Part shown: positions 41,929 to 50,538 of the stretch, in pieces
Layout: each line of letters opens with the position of its first letter
Position numbering within the stretch: position 1 is the stretch's first letter
Source: a virus
Lineage: Duplodnaviria; Caudoviricetes
Strand: one strand, 5' to 3'
Virus record (IMG/VR): IMGVR_UViG_3300046170_000155
Coordinates: 1 to 56,438 of that record
Length of the DNA stretch: 56,438 bases
Made by a program: the position numbers and the translations under genes
The notes under the pieces: model-generated
The model's input: the letters and a program-made list of their open reading frames with translations, nothing else
The model's database searches: none
Told to the model about the DNA's origin: nothing

Positions 41929-41973
41929 CTCTAAATCCTTCTTTTTAACTAGTATTTATGTATACTACAACTA

Positions 41974-42684
41974 GTGAAAAATATTATAACATTCGGTACT
42001 TTTAGTAAAGATATTTACTACACAGAAGCAATTCATCCAATACCTATGTCAGAATACCCTATTGAGTGGTATGAAAATATAAAAGCTGAGAAACTATACT
42101 TTGATGGGCAGGATGGAAAGAATGTTAAATCATGTCCAAGCTTTATAGAAATCTATCAAGAAGGCTATGTAATACCATCACCAACAGATTACTCCATAAG
42201 CGTAACCCCTCAAGGTGAGTTCTTTTGGGAGTGTGCTAGAAGCTTTAAAGATGTTATGGAAAGAGATGATATTGAATATCACTACAACGAACAATTAGTA
42301 AGCCATCTACCTAAAGACTATGACACTAAAATGATAATAAAGATAAACCTACCATGGAAAGTGTTTACACCTAAAGGTTACTCAATCAGAATAATGAAAA
42401 TGCCTTTTACTAGTAATAAACTTTGGGAGCCTACTTATGGGGTTCTAAGAACTGATAGAAATTATCATTTAAACTTTCAAACTAATATTAAGTCAAACAC
42501 TGAAGAAGTGTTTATTTCACAAGGAGAGCCTTTAGCTTTAATTGTTCCCTATAAAAGAGAAGATTTTAAAAGTCAGATTGTTGATTTAAATGAAAAAAAT
42601 CAATATAGTACTCAATATCATAAGCATTATCTAAAAACTTACGGAACTTTTAAACCAAATTTTAGAAAAGACTACTGGGCATAA
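41974..42684 (+). CDS. Uncharacterised enzyme-like protein, paralog 1 (possible dUTPase-like/DUF6065-like fold)
   Basis: KSCPSF....GYVIP.P.D; PW..FTPKGYS; GV.RTD; I.QGEPL..IVPYKRE. Confidence 0.6.
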   Translation: MKNIITFGTFSKDIYYTEAIHPIPMSEYPIEWYENIKAEKLYFDGQDGKNVKSCPSFIEIYQEGYVIPSPTDYSISVTPQGEFFWECARSFKDVMERDDIEYHYNEQLVSHLPKDYDTKMIIKINLPWKVFTPKGYSIRIMKMPFTSNKLWEPTYGVLRTDRNYHLNFQTNIKSNTEEVFISQGEPLALIVPYKREDFKSQIVDLNEKNQYSTQYHKHYLKTYGTFKPNFRKDYWA

Positions 42685-42685
42685 A

Positions 42686-43408
42686 ATGAAAAAAATAACT
42701 GTATATTATGCAAGTCCAGATAACTTACAAGAAACACAAGACTGGTCAATACTTTATAAAGAGCCTACAAGTCTTAACAAATACTTATCAAAAAACATCA
42801 ACAAAGAACGAAGTAATGATGTACAAAACCGTGGATTTATGTCTTGTACAGCATATAAGGGACTAACTAATAACACTTATGTTATAGAAAATCCTATAGA
42901 TTCAAGTTATACATTAGATGGAAATATGCAATCAACTTCTAAAAATTCTTTATCTGCACTATATAAAAGAGAACCACAACTCAATAATCAAATACTTTTT
43001 GAGTATAACTATCCTCTTATCTTTTTTGCTGAAGAAAGTCTAGAGATGCAGTTTACAGCTCCCTATTTCCTAAATGCACCTCATCTAAAATATGGAGCGG
43101 TAACACCAGGCCAATACAATATTGGTAAATGGTTTAGACCCATACAGACAGAAATAAATTTATGGGACAATGTTAAAGAGTTTGAGATAAAAAAAGGTGA
43201 ACCTTTGGCCTTTATAAACTTTTTAACAGACAAAAAAATAGAATTTAAGATGTTTGAGATGACTACTGATTTAGCAAAAATTATGAATGTATGTGCTACA
43301 GCTAGTACTTGGGAAGTTAATGTTCCTTTAGCAAATAGATACAAGCGTTTTCATGAAAGCAAAATGTTAAACAAAACTATAAAAAAAATAAAAGAAAATT
43401 TAGTCTAA
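42686..43408 (+). CDS. Uncharacterised enzyme-like protein, paralog 2 (divergent)
   Basis: F.SC.A......YVI.NP.D; PG.YNIGKWFRP; IKKGEPLAFI.F. Confidence 0.55.
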   Translation: MKKITVYYASPDNLQETQDWSILYKEPTSLNKYLSKNINKERSNDVQNRGFMSCTAYKGLTNNTYVIENPIDSSYTLDGNMQSTSKNSLSALYKREPQLNNQILFEYNYPLIFFAEESLEMQFTAPYFLNAPHLKYGAVTPGQYNIGKWFRPIQTEINLWDNVKEFEIKKGEPLAFINFLTDKKIEFKMFEMTTDLAKIMNVCATASTWEVNVPLANRYKRFHESKMLNKTIKKIKENLV

Positions 43409-43478
43409 AATTAAAAACCACTGTTTTAAATTAATGTGATAGAATTTTAATATCCTTAAAAACATATGGGAGTAAACA

Positions 43479-44063
43479 ATGTCAAATAGACCAATACATG
43501 TAACAGAGAGCGGTGGAGATACCACTGGTCTTAGAGAGTTTGCCAACGGTGCTGACTCCGGTGTTATAATACCTCAAGGAACTCAAAATCAAAGAGAGTC
43601 TACACCTACTGATGGTGTTCTTAGGTTTAACACTGATACAAATTCATTAGAATATTACGGAAACTCAACATGGGTAACACTTGGAGAAGTAAGTAGTATC
43701 GATGATATAAACGATGTGACTTTAACAAGTTCACAATCTGGAGATTTCTTAAAGTACAACGGTTCAGCTTGGGTAAATGACCCAATTAATTTAGAGACTG
43801 ATACTGTAGGAAACTTTGTAGAAGATGTAGCAGCAGGAAATGGTCTTGCTAAAACTTCTTCAGCAGGTGAAGGTCAAGATGTCGACCTAGCTATAGACAT
43901 CAACGGAGCTACTGATGGTACAAGTATCACAGTAGATAGTGCAGCTGACTTAGTATTACTATATGACGCTGACGCAGGAGCTGTTAAGAAAGTTCAAACA
44001 GGACAAATTGCAACTCCAACTAAATTAAATTCCGCAACTATATTTTTTGCGGCTAACGGATAG
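43479..44063 (+). CDS. Secondary fibre/anchor protein
   Basis: Same N-terminus as 39847; internal modules match the giant fibre; hydrophobic C-terminus ATIFFAANG. Confidence 0.8.
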   Translation: MSNRPIHVTESGGDTTGLREFANGADSGVIIPQGTQNQRESTPTDGVLRFNTDTNSLEYYGNSTWVTLGEVSSIDDINDVTLTSSQSGDFLKYNGSAWVNDPINLETDTVGNFVEDVAAGNGLAKTSSAGEGQDVDLAIDINGATDGTSITVDSAADLVLLYDADAGAVKKVQTGQIATPTKLNSATIFFAANG

Positions 44064-44077
44064 TATAGGAGAAATTA

Positions 44078-44389
44078 ATGGCGACAGGATTATTAGCAAG
44101 AAGAGACGGTGACGATACCGATGGTACAGTATATACTGCACCAGCGAGTAATGTTGCAGTTGTAAACTTGAATATCGCTAACACCACAACTACAGCTGAT
44201 GATGTAACAATATATGTTGCACCATCTGGAGCTACATTAGGAACAGAACACAAAATAGAGGTTCTTAGTCTTAGTGGGCAAAATGTTCTTGAAAGAACAA
44301 ACATCGTTTTAGATGCTGGTTCTTTTATTGCAGTTAATGCAACTGCTGGAACAGTAGCTAATGTTTGGGGCGTAGAAGAAGCAGTATAG
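44078..44389 (+). CDS. ~105-aa beta-sandwich virion adaptor protein
   Basis: MATGLL...TVYTAPA...VVNLNIAN...VLERTNIVLDAG...VWGVEE; RBS AGGAG. Confidence 0.8.
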   Translation: MATGLLARRDGDDTDGTVYTAPASNVAVVNLNIANTTTTADDVTIYVAPSGATLGTEHKIEVLSLSGQNVLERTNIVLDAGSFIAVNATAGTVANVWGVEEAV

Positions 44390-44397
44390 GAGTATAA

Positions 44398-44694
44398 ATG
44401 AAGTTTTTTGCAGTTAAAGATGAATATGATGTATGTTGTGCTGTAAAGCAAGTAACATCTGATGTTATTCAAGTAGTGGATGGCGTTGAACAATTATTCT
44501 CTGACTTAGATGACCATATTGAACTATCTTCTTTTGAAGAAGAAACCATAGGTAAAAAATTAATCGATGGCGAATGGACCTCAGCTGGAACAGACGCTGA
44601 AGGTAATGATTACTGGTGGTACGATGGTGACAAGTATGGTAACACATATGATGATGATGGGAACATTGTAGGCTCAGTAGAAATTACGGAGTAA
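44398..44694 (+). CDS. Acidic hypothetical protein
   Basis: 98 aa, RBS AGGAG. Confidence 0.75.
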   Translation: MKFFAVKDEYDVCCAVKQVTSDVIQVVDGVEQLFSDLDDHIELSSFEEETIGKKLIDGEWTSAGTDAEGNDYWWYDGDKYGNTYDDDGNIVGSVEITE

Positions 44695-44696
44695 TT

Positions 44697-45035
44697 ATGG
44701 GAAGATATGGCGTTGACATAGCTCCCGTAGCAGGAATAAAATCTATACAAACTGGTCATTATACAGGCAATGCAGGTGGTTCTACATCTCAAATTAATGA
44801 CGACACCACAATAGAACCAATAGATGAAACAAAATCTTTTATGGTTGTTTGTGAAAGTGGTAGTTTCCCAGTTACTAATGAAGGTGGCGGAGTTACAGAC
44901 AACAGAGTTTATCCACATCCACAAGCAGCAGCATATTTATTAGATGATAAAACAGTAAGAGTTAGATATAGAATATCTTCTTTCGGTCAATCTGAAACAC
45001 AATATGTATACTGGCAAGCAATCGAGATGATATAA
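44697..45035 (+). CDS. Small beta protein, MGR paralog 1
   Basis: IKSIQ.G...TI..ID.TKS...A.L....TV....WQAIE. Confidence 0.75.
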   Translation: MGRYGVDIAPVAGIKSIQTGHYTGNAGGSTSQINDDTTIEPIDETKSFMVVCESGSFPVTNEGGGVTDNRVYPHPQAAAYLLDDKTVRVRYRISSFGQSETQYVYWQAIEMI

Positions 45036-45353
45036 ATGGGTAGAGCGTCAAACAGAAGTACTATCAAATCTATACAAAGGGTATATTATGCAAACACTAC
45101 TTCATCCTATGCTCTTGTTAACAACACAATTTCTTCTGTGGATACAGATAAATCAGTAGTTGTACACAACTCAAGTAATGGACATTATAGAGGAACTGGT
45201 GCTTGGGAAAATTATTACTACATGAATGGTTCTAGTGTTCAAAACGGAGCAAAGTTAGATAGCTCAACAAATGTTGTAGTAGCTAGATATAACCCTAACA
45301 ACCAAAATAGAAGAAATGTTTATGTAGAAGTACAAGTTGTGGAGTACTACTAA
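45036..45353 (+). CDS. Small beta protein, MGR paralog 2
   Basis: IKSIQ...NTISSVDTDKS...AKLDSSTNV...QVVEYY. Confidence 0.75.
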   Translation: MGRASNRSTIKSIQRVYYANTTSSYALVNNTISSVDTDKSVVVHNSSNGHYRGTGAWENYYYMNGSSVQNGAKLDSSTNVVVARYNPNNQNRRNVYVEVQVVEYY

Positions 45354-45619
45354 TGGGTAGAAGAATGTCAAGTCCTATAGTTAAAAGCAGACAAGTTGCC
45401 GAAGCAGTAAGTAATGCTACTGGAACTAATGTTACTATATCATCAGTTGATATGAATAAAACAGTTGTTTATACTACCGCACAAGATGGTAATAACAGAA
45501 GAGAGAGTAACTCTCCTTGTGCTAGGTTAACAACTGCAACAAATGTACTTTTCAGTGGTCACAATTATAACTCACTAGGAGCAGGAAGAATGTATGCGTA
45601 TGTCGTGGAGTATTACTAA
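45353..45619 (+). CDS. Small beta protein, MGR paralog 3
   Basis: VKSRQ...TISSVDMNKT...ARLTTATNV...YVVEYY. Confidence 0.75.
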   Translation: MGRRMSSPIVKSRQVAEAVSNATGTNVTISSVDMNKTVVYTTAQDGNNRRESNSPCARLTTATNVLFSGHNYNSLGAGRMYAYVVEYY

Positions 45620-45897
45620 TGGGTAGAAGTATAAGTAACGGAAGAGGAGCTATAAGGTCAAAGCAAGTTATTGCTCAAAGTAACAATGCTTACACTAGAA
45701 ATAACACAATATCCGCTGTAGACCCAGATAGAACAGTTTTATATCAAGCTGCAACATCTACTAGTTTCCAAGGTGGACAAAGAAGAATACATGCAGCACT
45801 TACTAGTTCTACTAATGTACAAAGCTCTGGTGATGGTTATGCTCAACCAACAGGTGGAACAGCATTTAACTGGACTGAAATTATTGAATATAACTAG
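45619..45897 (+). CDS. Small beta protein, MGR paralog 4
   Basis: IRSKQ...TISAVDPDRT...AALTSSTNV...EIIEYN. Confidence 0.75.
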   Translation: MGRSISNGRGAIRSKQVIAQSNNAYTRNNTISAVDPDRTVLYQAATSTSFQGGQRRIHAALTSSTNVQSSGDGYAQPTGGTAFNWTEIIEYN

Positions 45898-46879
45898 ATA
45901 AACCTAGTTTTTTATACAATCTATTAAAACCTTCTTTAGAATAAAAATTACTAGGCTCTCTTATTACATGTTTATTGTTTATTAAATAATTAGTTGCTAT
46001 ATCGTTAGCTTGTTTCCAAAACTCAGAATTAAAAGGAACTCTAGACACATAGTGTAACATCAAGACCTCTAAGGCCTCTTTAATATAGTCATTGTAAAGA
46101 AAAAGTGCATGGTCTTTTTTTATAGTCTTATTCATAATGTCTTGACTTAAATCAAGTAATCTCAATGCTCCAGATAAAGAAGTAGCATCAAAAGGTTCTA
46201 TAAAGAAAGCATTAAGACCTAGGTGTAGATAATTATCTTGAAATGGGTCTTTTTTGTAGTAGCTGTTAAAGTCCATGGCATGAAAGTAATCTTGCTTAAA
46301 TACCTTAAAATAATCTTTAATCTCTTCTGTTGAAGTGATATTTTTATTGTAAACATAATACATGTAAATATAGTTATAAGTAGGTATTATTTGAACCCAC
46401 CCATGTTCTTCGGCAACTAAATGTGTATAAGTTCTCTTAGATTTATTAGGTATGCGTATCCCAATTGCAGCATTTACAGGAACTTTTATAATATTATATG
46501 AATTATCTACGACAGGTTTTTTTGTTTGTATTGTGTAATCTATATCTTTAGTTTCTTTTATGTCTAAGTTTTTATAAATATAATTGTTAAAAGACCAAGA
46601 ATCAAAGTGCATAGCTACATACGGAGCTGTAAAATTTGAGTAAAAGTCATTACAACCAAAGTTTGTTTTTCTAACACCAGTTTTTACTATGGCGTTAAAA
46701 TTGGGAAAATCTTTATATTCTATATCAATAGAATCTTTTAAGAACGGGATGAGGTCTAATGTAGATGACATAGGTAAGGTAAAGTAATCATCTTGTCTGT
46801 TCCACTTTAAAGGGTTTTCTATATACTTTAAAGCAGCTAAATGTGCAGAAATTCCGTTTCCAATAATTTCAATTTTCAT
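45881..46879 (-). CDS. Flavin-dependent tryptophan-halogenase-like protein (compact, diverged)
   Basis: MKIEIIGNGISA (Rossmann), AIVKTGV (catalytic Lys region), AMHFD, GWVQIIP (WxWxIP-like), GL.AFFIEPFDATS, LHY...SEFWK. Confidence 0.75.
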   Translation of the reverse strand: MKIEIIGNGISAHLAALKYIENPLKWNRQDDYFTLPMSSTLDLIPFLKDSIDIEYKDFPNFNAIVKTGVRKTNFGCNDFYSNFTAPYVAMHFDSWSFNNYIYKNLDIKETKDIDYTIQTKKPVVDNSYNIIKVPVNAAIGIRIPNKSKRTYTHLVAEEHGWVQIIPTYNYIYMYYVYNKNITSTEEIKDYFKVFKQDYFHAMDFNSYYKKDPFQDNYLHLGLNAFFIEPFDATSLSGALRLLDLSQDIMNKTIKKDHALFLYNDYIKEALEVLMLHYVSRVPFNSEFWKQANDIATNYLINNKHVIREPSNFYSKEGFNRLYKKLGLSSYIQ

Positions 46880-46900
46880 ATTATGTATTATACTCCTAGT
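46880..46900. promoter_or_regulatory. Overlapping bidirectional -10 boxes (leaderless divergent promoter)
   Basis: 21-nt gap ATTATGTATTATACTCCTAGT: TATACT on + and TATAAT on -, each 6-7 nt before a start codon. Confidence 0.7.
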
Positions 46901-47602
46901 ATGAAAAAAATAATATTTACTACAGAAAAAACTGGTTTTGCAGATATAAAGTTTACACAACCACAACCATCTAAAAACTTTATACCCTCTTGGTTTACTA
47001 ATATGCCTATGAACTTACCTTTACCAAACAATCATAACTTTGTATCAAAACTTATTCCAAACTTTAAAGGTGCTAGACATTGCCCTAGTTTTGTAGAAGT
47101 ATTTAGAGAAGGCTATGTTTTAGTAGCACCTTGTGACATACACATGTTTTTTCAAGATGGAGAGTTTTTCATGAATCCATCTAATGATGAGTTTATAGTT
47201 AGAACACACGCAAAAGAACAGTTTATGGACTATATACCAAAAGATAGTGGAATAAGAGCTACTGTAAATATTAATACGGGGTGGTTTGGAATTACTCCAA
47301 AAGGTTACGGACTTAGATATCTACCTCTAATGTATGACTTTAATAAAGAATGGTCAGCTAATTATGGTGTGGTTCATACTGATAAGCTACACGAATTATC
47401 AGTTCAGTTATTTTATACATCAGATAAAGATGAGATACTTATAAAACAAGGTGAGCCTCTTTGCTATATAATTCCTTACAAGAGAGAAACCTTTAATTGG
47501 ACAATAACTTCTATAACTGAAAAATTAAGGAAAAAAATAAGAACAGGTCACTATAAAGTAGTAAACAAATTTAAGTCTGGCTATGCTAGAAATGAATCTT
47601 AA
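46901..47602 (+). CDS. Uncharacterised enzyme-like protein, paralog 3
   Basis: PQPS..FIPSWF..M; RHCPSF....GYVL.AP.D; W...TPKGY; GVVHTD; IKQGEPL..IIPYKRE. Confidence 0.6.
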   Translation: MKKIIFTTEKTGFADIKFTQPQPSKNFIPSWFTNMPMNLPLPNNHNFVSKLIPNFKGARHCPSFVEVFREGYVLVAPCDIHMFFQDGEFFMNPSNDEFIVRTHAKEQFMDYIPKDSGIRATVNINTGWFGITPKGYGLRYLPLMYDFNKEWSANYGVVHTDKLHELSVQLFYTSDKDEILIKQGEPLCYIIPYKRETFNWTITSITEKLRKKIRTGHYKVVNKFKSGYARNES

Positions 47603-47608
47603 CAAAAC

Positions 47609-48355
47609 ATGAAGATAGAAGTAATCCCTAGATTTAAAATGTTTGAAGACCTTGTTGAAGCTTACCCTCCACAGCTTGCTAATAAATTCTTACCAGAATG
47701 GTTTAAAGAAATGAAAGTAGGTAGTGAGATAGCATCATTCTTAGAGGAATTTCATGGAGTTTTCTCAGATGAAGCGCACGGTGCTAAAAAATGTCCAGCT
47801 ATAAGAGATTTAATGACAGAAGGTTTCATCATACCTTTATGGGGAAAAATGTATATGGGACACGAATATGATGATGAAGGAAATGCTATACAAACTCATT
47901 ATGGTATGACTGCTAGTAATGCAGTACAGTATGACTTCTTTGGTAGCCACTTTGAGAAACAAGTAGGTGGAATGGATGTTGGTTTAGCCCAAATGGGTAA
48001 AGAAAAAAGAATACTTAAACTAGAAAGCCCTTATAAGATAATAGTTCCAGAAGGCTACAACCTACTATATGTAGACCCTTTTTATCACTTTAGAAAAGAA
48101 ATAAGACTATTAGAAGGACTTGTAGAAGCAGATAAGTGGGGATATATAACCTTTCCTTTTAGTTTACAAGAAAAAGATTTTGTTTTACCAGCTGGTACAC
48201 CACTTATACAAGCTATTCCTTACAAGAGAGAAGAACAAAAACTCTCATTAGATGTCCGTAAAGGTACAGATGAAGAATATGATAAGAACGACATAGAGCT
48301 TTTTAGAGCAGAAGTTGAGAGAGTCAATTATAAGACTTACCCAGATAAATTCTAG
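47609..48355 (+). CDS. Uncharacterised enzyme-like protein, paralog 4
   Basis: PP..A.KFLPEWFK; KKCPAI.D....GFIIPLW; P..I.VPEGY; G.VEAD; LPAGTPLIQ.IPYKRE. Confidence 0.6.
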   Translation: MKIEVIPRFKMFEDLVEAYPPQLANKFLPEWFKEMKVGSEIASFLEEFHGVFSDEAHGAKKCPAIRDLMTEGFIIPLWGKMYMGHEYDDEGNAIQTHYGMTASNAVQYDFFGSHFEKQVGGMDVGLAQMGKEKRILKLESPYKIIVPEGYNLLYVDPFYHFRKEIRLLEGLVEADKWGYITFPFSLQEKDFVLPAGTPLIQAIPYKREEQKLSLDVRKGTDEEYDKNDIELFRAEVERVNYKTYPDKF

Positions 48356-48369
48356 GTTATAATTAATAC

Positions 48370-48561
48370 ATGGATATATCAAAATTCCCAGAGGGAACAA
48401 AGCGCGAAGATGCTATTAACGAGATAATTGATGACGAGCAATTTAAAGAGACTGTGTTAAAACAGTTCAATTATATGCGAATTAAAGGAATCAATCTTGT
48501 ACAAGATGCAGATGATATGGTAAACCTTTATCTAAAAATCTGTAAGCAATTTGACAAATAA
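48370..48561 (+). CDS. Hypothetical protein
   Basis: 63 aa, ATG 6 nt after TATAAT. Confidence 0.65.
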   Translation: MDISKFPEGTKREDAINEIIDDEQFKETVLKQFNYMRIKGINLVQDADDMVNLYLKICKQFDK

Positions 48562-48637
48562 TTAAAACAATCTAAATACCAACAGCCCACAATTTCTATG
48601 CTAAAATAGTGTTAAGTAATAGTTAATTGGAGGATAA

Positions 48638-48898
48638 ATGGCTGATAATGTCAAACTCGAAGATATGAATGAAGAACAATTGCGTAATGCAGTTTCATCT
48701 TTACTTCAACAAGTACAGCAAGCAGATGCAACTATAAGAGATTTAGGTGCAAAAGTTGCTAATAAAGAAATAGAAAATTCTAGATTTAGAAGTATTCTAG
48801 GAATGAATCAACAAGCACAACAAGCTGCTGCTCAGCAAGAAGAAAATGCTGAAGAAACTTCTGAAGAAGAAGTAGCAAGTGAGGAAGAAGCCGAGTGA
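48638..48898 (+). CDS. Coiled-coil acidic hypothetical protein
   Basis: RBS GGAGG; promoter TGcTAAAAT upstream. Confidence 0.75.
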   Translation: MADNVKLEDMNEEQLRNAVSSLLQQVQQADATIRDLGAKVANKEIENSRFRSILGMNQQAQQAAAQQEENAEETSEEEVASEEEAE

Positions 48899-49128
48899 TG
48901 GGTTCCTTAGAAGATTATGCTAAGGATGAAAAAAGTAAATCTAACAGGGTTGCGTGGAGAGAAAGAACATCTGAAAATGAACAGTTGTGGACTGAAGCTA
49001 TAGACGGTATTCAAAAAGGATACTCTGTCAGTACAGTAGCTAGATGGCTTATGAAAGAAAAAGGATGTCCTTTATCAATTCATACTCTTCGTCATCAACT
49101 TAAGGAATCGCTTGATGAGCGGTCTTGA
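48898..49128 (+). CDS. Small HTH-like protein
   Basis: GYSVSTVARWL...G..LS..TLRH; precedes phosphoesterase. Confidence 0.6.
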   Translation: MGSLEDYAKDEKSKSNRVAWRERTSENEQLWTEAIDGIQKGYSVSTVARWLMKEKGCPLSIHTLRHQLKESLDERS

Positions 49129-50332
49129 CGAATACGCCAAGGCAGTAAGAAGCGTTCAAAACGCTAAAGCTGATAAAAAAGAACACCCGAAGGGTTGGGA
49201 ACCGGGAGTCGTTCTTAACGGAGGTAAAAGTTATGTAGCCTCTGGTCCTGTTAAATCTGAAAAAGAAGCAAGAAAAAAATGGGACAACTATATAGAATTG
49301 CTTGGTTTTAATGCTGATGAATTTGAAATTATAGAACCTGTTCATGTCAGAACTTGGGACATGCAAACACCCGAGGGTGTTCAAAGAATGTTCTACTATA
49401 AAGCAGATGTTCGTTCTAAAAAACATTTAGAAAATGACTTTGATTATGAAGCTTTAGTCAAAGAAATTAAAAAAGTTAAAAAACCAAGTCGTAAACTTAA
49501 AACGAAAGAAAACGGAAGTATGGTTGTTTGCTTATCAGATTGGCAAATGGGAAAACGCGATGGGGATGGAACAGAGGGAATTGTTAAGAGAATAACTCAA
49601 ATGATACCGGATGTTTTAGACAGAGTAAAAGAGCTTCGTAAAACAGGTAACCCTATAAACAAACTTTATGTGTTTGGATTAGGTGACCTCGTTGAAGGGT
49701 GTGGAGACCATTACGCCATGCAACAATTTTCAGTCGAGCTCGACCAACGCCGCCAAGAAATGGTAGCTAGAAGACTTTTAGTTAAGGCACTAAAAGAATG
49801 GGCACCAGAATTTGAAAAGGTGGTCGTGGTCTGCATTCCCGGTAACCATGGTGAAAACCGCAAAAACGGTAAAGCATTTACTAATTGGGGAGATAATATG
49901 GATGTTTCCATATTTGACCATGCACAAGAAATTCTTGCAGAAAACAAAGCGTTTAAGCATGTATCTTTTGTTATACCCGATAATGAGCTATATCTAACTT
50001 TAGATATCGATGGTGTCATACTTGGGGCGGCTCATGGCCACCAATTTCGTACGGGCGGGAAGTATTCACATCAGAAAGCTGTGGCGTGGTTATCTGGACA
50101 AGCATTTGGTAAAACAGATGCTGGAGATGTAGATATTTTACTATCGGGTCATTATCATCATTTATTTGTAATAAACGAGGGACAGCGTACTCTTATGCAA
50201 GCACCGTCTGTTGATGGGGGTTCAGAGTGGTTTGAATCTTTAAGTGGTAAAAACTCTTTTTCTGGAACACTTACCTTTACAATTAAGTCAAGGGAAAACA
50301 AACTTCCTTGGGATAATTTACAAGTATTGTAA
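49115..50332 (+). CDS. Calcineurin-like metallophosphoesterase (Mre11/SbcD-like)
   Basis: LSDWQ, GDLVE, PGNHG, AHGH, GHYH motifs. Confidence 0.9.
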   Translation: MSGLDEYAKAVRSVQNAKADKKEHPKGWEPGVVLNGGKSYVASGPVKSEKEARKKWDNYIELLGFNADEFEIIEPVHVRTWDMQTPEGVQRMFYYKADVRSKKHLENDFDYEALVKEIKKVKKPSRKLKTKENGSMVVCLSDWQMGKRDGDGTEGIVKRITQMIPDVLDRVKELRKTGNPINKLYVFGLGDLVEGCGDHYAMQQFSVELDQRRQEMVARRLLVKALKEWAPEFEKVVVVCIPGNHGENRKNGKAFTNWGDNMDVSIFDHAQEILAENKAFKHVSFVIPDNELYLTLDIDGVILGAAHGHQFRTGGKYSHQKAVAWLSGQAFGKTDAGDVDILLSGHYHHLFVINEGQRTLMQAPSVDGGSEWFESLSGKNSFSGTLTFTIKSRENKLPWDNLQVL

Positions 50333-50538
50333 TGGTTACTCCTGCTGATTTATTTAAACAATATAATGAAATAAAAAAACAAGTAAGAAACTTAAACAAT
50401 AAAGCTGAATTGTCTGTAATTAACAGAGATAAAATATGGAAATCTATAGATGATTTAAGACGCAAAAGCTCAAGAATAGAAAAACTTGTATTACTATTAG
50501 CAGTGATACAAACAATATATATATTTATAGGAGTTTAA
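50332..50538 (+). CDS. Coiled-coil protein with C-terminal membrane anchor (lysis cassette)
   Basis: LVLLLAVIQTIYIFIGV; coupled to endolysin. Confidence 0.65.
   Translation: MVTPADLFKQYNEIKKQVRNLNNKAELSVINRDKIWKSIDDLRRKSSRIEKLVLLLAVIQTIYIFIGV

Noticed and set aside
34871-45897. Diversity-generating retroelement or invertase shufflon behind tip diversity
   Set aside because: No reverse transcriptase or recombinase in the window, no repeat pair differing only at adenines, no inverted cassettes.
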